64,000 nucleotides of DNA from a virus (lineage: Duplodnaviria; Caudoviricetes), in the IMG/VR virus record IMGVR_UViG_3300036820_000018, positions 672 through 64,671 of that record. The stretch is one strand, 5' to 3'. The notes under the pieces are model-generated. The model was not told the DNA's origin. It saw only the letters and a list, made by a program, of their open reading frames with translations, and searched no databases. The position numbers were made by a program, and so were the translations under genes. Within the stretch, counting starts at the first letter, position 1. Each line of letters opens with the position of its first letter. Shown piece after piece: positions 55,715-64,000 of this stretch.

Positions 55715-58700
55715 GCGAAATAGCAGAGATCGAAGTCGTGAGTCAGGGGAAGTTCGGTGGGACTCTCGAAGCGAAGCTCATCACACGCCCTGAGTTCGGC
55801 TGCACTCTTTGGGAGGCGACGGAGTGACGACCGCGCGGGGGCCAATCGAACGTGACCGCGTAGCGATAGAACTCGGCCTTTTTGAGGCTTATGAGGGCTA
55901 TGAATGGTGTCGTTGGCATCGCAACAAACGCGGGACCACTGTCCATAGGCGCGACTGCACGCGTAGAGGTGCCTCGCTCCCCTGGTTCTGGGCGCAGGAC
56001 AGATTTTCTACAGATGACGAGTTACTGGAGGGTCTTACCTTCGTCGAGTGGACGAAGCCGTGCAGCTACTGCCTCTCCAACTGCGACAAGGATCTCGTTT
56101 GCACCCGAGTAGGCGACAATCGTGCCTGACCTCTTGCCCTATCAGGTCCTCATTTCCGATCTAAACGGCTCAAAGCGTCAGATCGTACAAACGGAGTCCT
56201 ACGACGCTGCAAGGCGTATAGCGGCACACAGGGTGCGTCAGAACGCCTCGCGGTACTCGACTCAGGTCGTCTACTCAGCAGTCATAAAAGACGGGGAGAC
56301 TCTCTGTGAGTTCTTCCGCCGCGAAGACAAACAGGGCAAGATTCATGTGAGTGAGAGAAAGGGGACCTGATGAGTTTTTGTTTATCGCCCCCTCGCAGAG
56401 CGGTTCGGGTGACGGGGTGAGGCCGACCGACACCTGCGAGTGCGCTGACTATCGCAGAGACCATCGAGACGGCCCGTGCGCCTTCAAGGACGGCTGCAAG
56501 GAATTCCGATTGATACGGCCCGCACCAACACGTCAGGAGCTAGAGGCGGATGTGGACGGGCATTACAAGCACTTCAGGTCGGTGCCCGATAACTCAACTC
56601 CCGAGAGTCGTCTCAAGTTCCTCTTGTGGCATCACGAATACGACCGAGGACCGGGAAGGCGTTCGAAGTGACAAAACAACGAGCGTCCGTGGTGATGGGG
56701 TGAGGCCGCGGCACCGTACCTGCGCCCCAAACGCTACGCCCGGCGAGTGCGTCTACAGCATGCCCAAACGGTGCGGTGCGCCTGCTACTTATTGGATCGC
56801 CGCGGGGCCTGATTACTACCAGCCGCTGTGCGAAAGGCACACGTCGAAAGAGTTCATGCCGCCGAATATCGAAGTGCACAAGGGGCTGCCGGTCACACCC
56901 CCACCCGACAGCCTAGAGATGGAGGATGCGTGACAGTTGAAGAGCACGACGATGACAGATGCCAGACGTGTGGTGGCGACGGCTACGAGGTGTGTGAGGA
57001 CGTCAACAGTTCCGGAGGCTGCTGGGAACCTGACTGCAATGGCGATATACACACCTGCCCGAATTGCAAGGGATCAGGCAGGGCAAAGGACCAGTGGTAC
57101 TGGTGATGACCCCCGACGTGAACCCGAGTCACGTGCTCGATGAGCTGGAGGGGGCGCTTGCGAAGTACACCGCCATAGAGAGTCATCTCCCGGCTCTTAT
57201 TGGCAGCGCCCGTCATGAGATCCCCGTAGCCGTTAGCGACCTACGCAAGCTCCTCGCCGTCGCCAGAGCCGCTGTTGCGTACCGGGAGTGGTGGAACGCT
57301 AAGGGAGTCGCCCACGTCAAGCACTCTGACGTGCAGGCAGACCTCCTGCGCACCACAGCCGCACTGGGGGATGCGACCGGTGAGTGACGACACAGTGCAG
57401 GGTCTCGCCGCTCTGGTCTTGCGTACAAAGCAAGCGCTCTCAGAAGGTGGACGCCCTGATTTAGCCGACAAATGCCGAGCAAGTGTGGACGAGCACGGAT
57501 CGGTATGTCTCACCTTCAGCGAGATTGTCACCGGGAAGTCCTCACCCGAAGTCCTGAAGGCGTTGAGCATCGATCCCAAGTGGATGCCGCACGCCCCACC
57601 AACCGAAGGAGCTGAGTGACGATGGGTGAGGTGCGTAGATTCCGTGTCGGCGGTCTGTGTCCACGAGGTGGCAGTCATGTCTGGCTAATCACAGACGAGG
57701 ACGCCGGGGCATGCGGGTCGAAGTCGTGGGATCTCTTCATCGAGGTTGAGGACGAGGACGTTCCCTACCTGTTGGAAGAGATGTCTTGGCTGAAAGGAGC
57801 TGAAGTGCGACCGGCAGCTACATATCCCGAGGAGTTGGACTTCGCCAATGTTGATCTTGACCCAGATGCGCCACCGATTGAGGAGCAACTGGAGTACATG
57901 CGTCAGCATCGCCCCCAACCACAAGGAGACCTGAGTGAGTGAGACGGTATTGACTCCCTCCTTGCAGCGAACGCTGCGCATCTTGCAAACGGGCGGCGGA
58001 TGGAAATACCCGCAGCCCACCGAAGCGATTCAGGCGAAACTAGACACGTTGTTGGTGCTTGGCCATGCCTATCTAGTGAACCGCTCAGACGGCACCTATC
58101 TTTTGGCGCTCCATCCCAACAACCCACGTCTGTGCTGGTGTAACGAACCTTCTCGTCAAGGATTCGCTCACCGCTCACATGAGTGTCTGGAGATAGGAGT
58201 TCAGTGAACCTCACCGCCGCTTGCAATACGGGAGCACGCTGTGTCTGCAATCACGGACCCTGTGACTGCTCATGCCATGGAGTGGGACTCGAATCCATAA
58301 TCCAGCAGGCCATTGAGGAGTGGGCAATCATAGCGAGGGGACCTCATCTACGAGGCAATAACCCGTCACTTGCTCACTACATTGCCACCAGAGTGACTAT
58401 CCCCGACCCGAGGGAGGCGTAGATGGGTGAGCACGTACATGAGGGCGACTTCTACGAAGAAGACGAGCCGATCGAAGACATCCTCGCTGCTTGGGAGAGA
58501 AGCACTGAGCACGTCGTCACTGAGAGACCGGCTCAGACGTTCAGCGGTGGAACGACGATCGAACTGAAGCCACCAGAGTGACCCCCGAACCCGCACACAC
58601 GCACACGATCGATGGCTCAGACGAGGTCTATCAACACTCGCACATCGACCCGGAGTGCTCTCACCATTGGCGAGCGTGCCCAGTCCATACACCTGAAGAC

Positions 58701-58866
58701 GGTTCAATGCCGAACGTCAACGTGGTCACCACGTGCATCTATGGAGGCGCTGAACTCAAAGACGGCGGCACCTGGAACGACGACACGTCTAAAGAGGTTT
58801 GGGACCGAGTGCTCAAGAAGATGTCGTGACCACCGAACCCGCACAAGACGCCAAGGGGAGCGCTAA
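55711..58866 (+). other. run of small hypothetical genes, many Cys/His-rich (e.g. 55824-56129, 56122-56370, 56417-56671, 56700-56933, 56930-57106, 57106-57387, 57380-57619, 57616-57942, 57935-58207, 58578-58829)
   Basis: Tightly packed coupled ORFs; 56930-57106 has DnaJ-type CxxCxGxG repeats. Confidence 0.6.
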
Positions 58867-59470
58867 CCCGAAGAGGGAACGGCCCTAAGACACTGGGCTA
58901 GGCCCTCCAAAGGCTCCCCGTTGAAACGCTCGACCGACAGAGTGTCTCCACTCTCCTTCTTAAACGTCACCCTGATCTGGAACCAGGCTTTGACCGTCTG
59001 ATCGCGCTCGATGCTCGCTGACCAAATACGCCAGTCCGACAGCGGAGCTCGAAAGAAATACTCCTCCACAGCTGCATTCGGCTCTGAGGCATCGCCAGGT
59101 GTCGAAGATGAACTCTCTGACTGTGAGTCGATGTCGTTGAGGATCTGCCTGAGCGCGTCGACTGACGTGTCGCTCATCGGGAAGAGGTGCCCGACTAACT
59201 CGTGCCTCATGAGTTTGTCCCATGTCCCCATCATTCGGGACACTCGCGCTCGAAATCAAACAACGGAGCCTCAAAACGGTCCAGAGGGTCTGTGATCATC
59301 ACATAGCCCTTAGGAGGGCTCGGGACCAACATGACCTCTCCGAGGCTCTCAGGGGCTAAGACGACGTTCAGGCCCTTAAGTCCAGAGCAGTTGTGAGTGT
59401 TCTCTTGATGTTGTCGGCAGAACGGGCAGTGTCTCACCTCAGTCACGACTACGGCGGTGGAGGAACGCAC
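58863..59470 (-). other. two small hypothetical genes (58863-59243, 59231-59470)
   Basis: Packed ORFs downstream of the lysin. Confidence 0.5.
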
Positions 59471-59485
59471 CTGTCCAGTCGCGTC

Positions 59486-60343
59486 TCACGACTCGATTGT
59501 GTAGAGAGCCGCGTTAGGAGCCTCGTGGTGGATCTGGTCAGTCACGTCAGTCGCGAGCCAGCTCCCGGTCCCCTTGGGGTTCTTGAACACAAGCAGGTGT
59601 CCCTCGTTGTTGGGGACAGTGCTCACGCCGGCGACGTACGCATTTCCCTCTGAGTCAAATGTGACTGTCGGTGCCATGTCCTTGATCTCCTCTGGTATCG
59701 GGGGAAAGGGTGGTTTGGGCGTCGGGGGCTTAGGGACGATCTTGGGCCATAGCCCGTCGTAGTTCCAGGCCCCGAAGCGAGTGACGTTGTTAACGACCTC
59801 GTCGATGTCTACCTGCTTGCCCGCGATGTAAGTCGGGTTGGCGAGCTGTAGGAGGTCCGCGAAGCGAGAGACCTGACCGTTAGACCAGGCTTCTGTCTGC
59901 CAGTAGTAGCACTGAACGAGGTCTTCATCCGCAGCTTCGTTGACGATCAGGATTCCCCCATAGGGACCTCCGACGTAACCCGACTCCGCGACGACAGACC
60001 TGAAAGCTCGTAGGTAGTCCAGACAGACGCTTATTTGGGCCTGTGAGACGTCAAAGTCAAAGGCGACGTAGATAGCTGAACCAGGGGGTTGGCCGAGCGC
60101 ACGAGCGAAGGCAGCGGCCCCCACACCGTCTGCCATGCCCTGAGCAGCGCCACCTAAGGCAGCTTGAGCTTGATCCTCCCAGACCGTGACGATGCCCATG
60201 CCTGCTTCGGTGTAGCCGTTGGCCTCTGCTCGAGTCAGAGCCTTCCCGTTAGGCAGTGAACAGGCGTAGCGGCAAACGAAGAAGATCCCCGCCTCTAGGA
60301 GCTCGGCGGGGGTAGGACCGCTTTCAAAGTCGCAGCCCTTCAT
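59486..60343 (-). CDS. endolysin, DUF1906 (GH25-like) peptidoglycan hydrolase
   Basis: FVCRY, KALTRAEA, IVTVWE, AIYVAFDFD, GPYGG, WQTEAWS; Pro linker and C-terminal domain. Confidence 0.8.
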   Translation of the reverse strand: MKGCDFESGPTPAELLEAGIFFVCRYACSLPNGKALTRAEANGYTEAGMGIVTVWEDQAQAALGGAAQGMADGVGAAAFARALGQPPGSAIYVAFDFDVSQAQISVCLDYLRAFRSVVAESGYVGGPYGGILIVNEAADEDLVQCYYWQTEAWSNGQVSRFADLLQLANPTYIAGKQVDIDEVVNNVTRFGAWNYDGLWPKIVPKPPTPKPPFPPIPEEIKDMAPTVTFDSEGNAYVAGVSTVPNNEGHLLVFKNPKGTGSWLATDVTDQIHHEAPNAALYTIES

Positions 60344-61720
60344 GCGTCCGCCCAGATCATCTTGTAGCCCTCAGGAATGGCACCTATGGCTCGGAGGGCA
60401 CCTTCCATCTCTCGGAGATAAGCATCAGCCTCGGTGGTGAGCTCCAGTTCAAGATTCCCCCTCCTCCCCAAGGCAGGCCGCTCAGACCCGAACGGGTTCC
60501 CCATCTTCTCTGCTTGAGCCTCGGCCTTGGACTGCATCAGGGCTTCGATCTCAGGGTCGTGGGGGTCGAAACTCACTGCCCTATGTCCTCCTCCCCCATC
60601 CCCACTAGCCCCTTCAGCAGGTGCTCGGGCATGGCCTGGAGAGCCGCTCCGCGCATCACGGCCCGATATTGCTCCTCCGTCCACACCTCGACCTCTTCGG
60701 AGTGAGCAGCTATGCCGTCGACCCAGAGGGGCAGCATCCGAGCCAAGGAGCGGATCGTGGCATTGAAGGCAGCGCTGGTCTGAAACAGTCTCTGGCGCTC
60801 AGGGTCGAGACCGACAAGGGCGACTACGAGAGCTTGGAATCGTTGGTTCTCGCTCACGCCGCACCTCTGTTCACATAGAGAATGATCCCACCCGTGACGA
60901 GGGAACAGAGCCCCACCCATGCTCCGATAGCCCATAGCCAGTTCATCAGATGTGAACCCCTTCGTGACCTTCGACGCGAGAACAGCGTCGCTTACAAAAG
61001 TGGGAGACGCCTAGGAATCCTTGCCCGCTGTCGAGGTCCAGCCACCAGAGGGGGCAATGAGGGAAGCTTCCGGTGATGTGACGGAGGAGAGCAGGGGCAC
61101 CGTCCGGGTAAAGAGGTGGCCGATCTTCCGGGGGGTGAAAGAAACGACGGGCCTCCTCCATACGGAGACCGTCTTCGTTGTCGGGGAAGACCATCACCTG
61201 AGATTCAACTTGGTCTCAACGACTTTGAGTTGCGACTCAAAGATCGCCATCAGATGGCCGTGCCACTCTAGGTGAACCTTCTCGTCGACTACCGCGCACC
61301 CGCACTTCGGACAGGACTTGAGCCCTACTCCACCGACCGAGATACCTGCGTCGATAGTGAAGCCAGTGGTTGCTCCGACGTCGCGCAACGGCTCGAAGAT
61401 CACTGAGGTGAGACGGCTGACGTGCTTGTGCTCAACGTCTTTCGGATAGATGTGGACGTGGGACCAGGACCCATCTTCGTCTGAGTGCTCGTGTGACCCG
61501 ACTACGTGCTCGACGTGCTCTCGGCTGGACGGCATGATCAATCCTCCCAGGGATGCATGGCTCTGTGCTCGACGAGGGTGTCGCGGTTCTCTTCGAGCAG
61601 GTCGAACTTCGCGACCGTGACGAGCTTCCATTCACAATCCCGGCACTCGTAGCGATAGGCCAAGGCCCCAGGCCCCCGGTACGGTCCCACGCGCATGAAA
61701 CCATCGAGAGTGTCTTTCAT
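60340..61720 (-). other. small hypothetical genes (60340-60576, 60573-60857, 60946-61197, 61194-61535, 61538-61720)
   Basis: Coupled ORFs, several with Zn-binding motifs. Confidence 0.55.
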
Positions 61721-62571
61721 CCGATTGCCTCCGATGGCGGCGGGAGCGTCCTTGCTGCTCTTAGGCGGTCGATCTCTTCAGCTACGTCCTCGGGGTGCTC
61801 TTCGGCGTCTTTCTTGAGCCAGAGCTGTCTCCACCCGAGCCAGCGCTGAAAGTCTGCCCCGCCTGCTGAGTCCTGGTTCTCTTTCTTGAGCTTCCACGAG
61901 GTCCACGAGAGGTAGCACTTGTTGTCGAGGCCGCGCTTCAATCTGTCGTTCGGTGTCCCTACTACCTGATACTCACAGGCCAGGCAGGTGCCGACGAGGG
62001 CTTCTGAGGGAAGGATCGGCTTGGGCATCTTTGTGATGCGTCGGTAGCAGCGTTCGACGTGGACTAGCTCTCGAAAGACGACACGCAGGCGGAACTCGAT
62101 CTCTTCGACGGAATCTTGAACGGGGTCGGCCCACCGTCGCCCTGATCCCGAGCAACGCCTACAGACCCCTGTTCCCCCGTCAGGAAGCGACACGTAGCCC
62201 CAGGAGCCGACTTGGAACCCACACGTCGGTGTCTCGCCTTGATGGATAGAAGCCTTGGCCAGGAGGCCACAGAGGGAGCAGACCGTGCATTCGAGACAGA
62301 TATCGCCCTGGCGCAGTAGAACGGCAGAACCCACAGGATCTGAGTGTCCCTCAGAGCCCGCAGAGCCGCTCACCCGCCCTGCCCCTTGTACCGACCCACC
62401 TTGGGGGTAGCCGTCGATCTGTAGGGGCTCCTCGGCTCGCAAGAGCAGGTCAGCGAGGAGCGAGAAATGCCTCTTCCCTTGAGGTACGCGAGTGTCGGAT
62501 TCCTTTAGGAGGTCTCCGAGGATGCCGATCGCGTCTTCTACACGCTCTTCGAGCCGGCCGATATTTGTCAC
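61717..62571 (-). CDS. Zn-finger hypothetical protein
   Basis: CxxC pairs; CLAC...RLKRGLDNKCY. Confidence 0.65.
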   Translation of the reverse strand: MTNIGRLEERVEDAIGILGDLLKESDTRVPQGKRHFSLLADLLLRAEEPLQIDGYPQGGSVQGAGRVSGSAGSEGHSDPVGSAVLLRQGDICLECTVCSLCGLLAKASIHQGETPTCGFQVGSWGYVSLPDGGTGVCRRCSGSGRRWADPVQDSVEEIEFRLRVVFRELVHVERCYRRITKMPKPILPSEALVGTCLACEYQVVGTPNDRLKRGLDNKCYLSWTSWKLKKENQDSAGGADFQRWLGWRQLWLKKDAEEHPEDVAEEIDRLRAARTLPPPSEAIG

Positions 62572-62750
62572 GCACGCCCCTCATAGAAGGCCTTGACCCT
62601 CTCGTAGTCCCCGGCGATTGCCTCACACTCGCCGACCGCCTGCATTGTTGCGAAGGTGATGAAATCCGAAAAGCTGGTGTTCAACTGCCTGCACACCTTT
62701 CGTAGCCGATCTATCTGCTCAGGGGTGAACTGGACGTCCCGCGCGCCCAA
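62568..62750 (-). CDS. RHH-like small protein
   Basis: VQFTPEQIDRLRKVC...SFSDFITFA; true start uncertain. Confidence 0.55.
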   Translation of the reverse strand: MGARDVQFTPEQIDRLRKVCRQLNTSFSDFITFATMQAVGECEAIAGDYERVKAFYEGRA

Positions 62751-62755
62751 CGGCC

Positions 62756-63406
62756 TTAAACGTTTGCAGGTTGGGCGTCGGCGTCGAAGAAGTCCTCAGC
62801 CGCGGCACGCTCACGCTCTTCTTCTGAGAGGGAGAGGTCGTTCAGGGTCTCGGTGGTGCCTAGAACCTCGCCCACGGTGTCTTGCGCGATCCGGTCGGTG
62901 ACGTCCTCGCCCCATTCGTTGTAAGTGTGGCCAGGAATCGTCTCGCGGGTGCCCTCGGATACGTAGCCACCGAACTCGCCTGTGCTGATGTCTTCGGCGT
63001 CGTCCTCTTCGACTGTCGGGATCTCTGTGCCATCTGTCGTCTTGAGACGCATCTGGCCCTTCTTCTCCGCTGCTTCTTTCTCGGCCTTGTCGGCGATCTT
63101 CGCGATCATCGTGTCAATGGCCTTGCGCGACCTGGCGCTGTCATCGGGGACTACGGCGATCGTGTCGAAGACGAGCACGCGCTCATAGCCCATGAGTTTG
63201 CCGGGGTCATCAACAGAGAGGATGTTCTCGAAGATCTCCTTCGTCTGGACATAAAGGGTGGATGCGACGATCTCTTGGCCTGGCTCAACGTCGAAGGGAG
63301 CAACCTGCATTGTCTGGTTCATCGCTCGCGCGCCCTTTTCGACGCGGGTGCTTTGGCGCAGGATCGGTAGACCCTTGTGCATCCCAAGTTCGGCTTTGTC
63401 GGTCAT
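62756..63406 (-). CDS. acidic hypothetical protein
   Basis: MTDKAELG start after GAAAGGGAACC. Confidence 0.7.
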   Translation of the reverse strand: MTDKAELGMHKGLPILRQSTRVEKGARAMNQTMQVAPFDVEPGQEIVASTLYVQTKEIFENILSVDDPGKLMGYERVLVFDTIAVVPDDSARSRKAIDTMIAKIADKAEKEAAEKKGQMRLKTTDGTEIPTVEEDDAEDISTGEFGGYVSEGTRETIPGHTYNEWGEDVTDRIAQDTVGEVLGTTETLNDLSLSEEERERAAAEDFFDADAQPANV

Positions 63407-63909
63407 TCGGTTCCCTTTCGTCTGAGGAGCGCTACTCGGAGCTTGTACAACTCGATGCGAAGATCGTTCTTCCAATCATCGCTCATTTCAACGGCAGCCA
63501 CTAGTAAACCAGGAGTGTCAAGAGAATAGGCGTCTGAGCACGGGAAGACTTTGGCCACTCGAGCGACCTCACAGACCTGCGCATCGTCCTTCCAAACTCC
63601 TGCGTCAGTGAGCGAGTCGAAAACGGCTCGCTGGAGCTTGTCGCAGTCCGGGCGTGTGGCTGGCCTTGTGACGCTCTTAGGGGCGCTCTTAGGTCGGGGC
63701 ATGGTAAAGACCAGGTAGATCGCTACGGGGCCCTCTAGGGGGCCGTGGTTGGGGACTGTCCCACAAGCGTCAACGATCTTCTGCCGCCAGGGTCGGGTCT
63801 TCGAGGATGCTTCGGTGAGAACCGGTCGTTTCGTCGCTGGATGGATGAACACTCGCTTGGAGCCCTGGGGGGCCGGGATTCCGAAGACGAGGGTGCTGAA
63901 GCCGTTCAT
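63403..63909 (-). CDS. rusA: RusA family Holliday junction resolvase
   Basis: GIPAPQGSKR; RPDCDKLQRAVFDSLT...VWKDDAQV. Confidence 0.9.
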   Translation of the reverse strand: MNGFSTLVFGIPAPQGSKRVFIHPATKRPVLTEASSKTRPWRQKIVDACGTVPNHGPLEGPVAIYLVFTMPRPKSAPKSVTRPATRPDCDKLQRAVFDSLTDAGVWKDDAQVCEVARVAKVFPCSDAYSLDTPGLLVAAVEMSDDWKNDLRIELYKLRVALLRRKGTE

Positions 63910-64000
63910 ATGAGGCCCCCAAGCACGGCAGCGGCGAGGGGCGGGGGCACAGCGTTGCCGATCTGTCGCGCTTGCTCGGTCTTCGTACCCTGCCAGGGGT
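63906..64000 (-). CDS. DNA (cytosine-5) methyltransferase, C-terminal end
   Basis: PWQGTKTEQARQIGNAVPPPLAAAVL (motif X). Confidence 0.88.
   Translation of the reverse strand, partial: PWQGTKTEQARQIGNAVPPPLAAAVLGGLI

Noticed and set aside
1-64000. CRISPR array, reverse transcriptase/DGR, IS element
   Set aside because: No regularly spaced repeats, RT motif or transposase seen by eye
1-64000. Alternative genetic code
   Set aside because: Conserved genes are intact under the standard bacterial code and all three stop codons are used

Overview
This window is an almost complete, high-GC, long-tailed (siphovirus-like) bacteriophage genome, probably from an Actinomycetota host (high GC, a TTGTCCACA DnaA box, a DUF1906-type lysin). 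A C5-DNA methyltransferase is split between the two window ends, so the source contig is probably circular and only slightly longer than 64 kb. Layout: (1) minus-strand replication and nucleotide genes (1-9118 and 58863-64000: MTase, HNH, TGT-like protein plus VUT transporter, primase-helicase, replication initiator, ThyX, ERF, PD-(D/E)XK nuclease, RusA, endolysin); (2) a small plus-strand RHH/tyrosine recombinase/LexA-domain island (9174-10653); (3) the minus-strand virion module (10755-47397); (4) a tRNA-Met and a densely structured non-coding region of about 560 nt (48776-51393); (5) a plus-strand early region of small genes that includes a full-length RuvB (51478-58866). Main leads: a portal protein fused to 2H-phosphoesterase and Nudix domains separated by K-A motifs (candidate protease-released anti-defence cargo), a candidate large ncRNA, a pseudoknotted leader on the replication initiator, a deazaguanine salvage-like gene pair, exported GH12 and beta-helix enzymes at the holin locus, and single genes bracketed by their own short direct repeats. 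All calls come from reading motifs by eye; no database searches were run.
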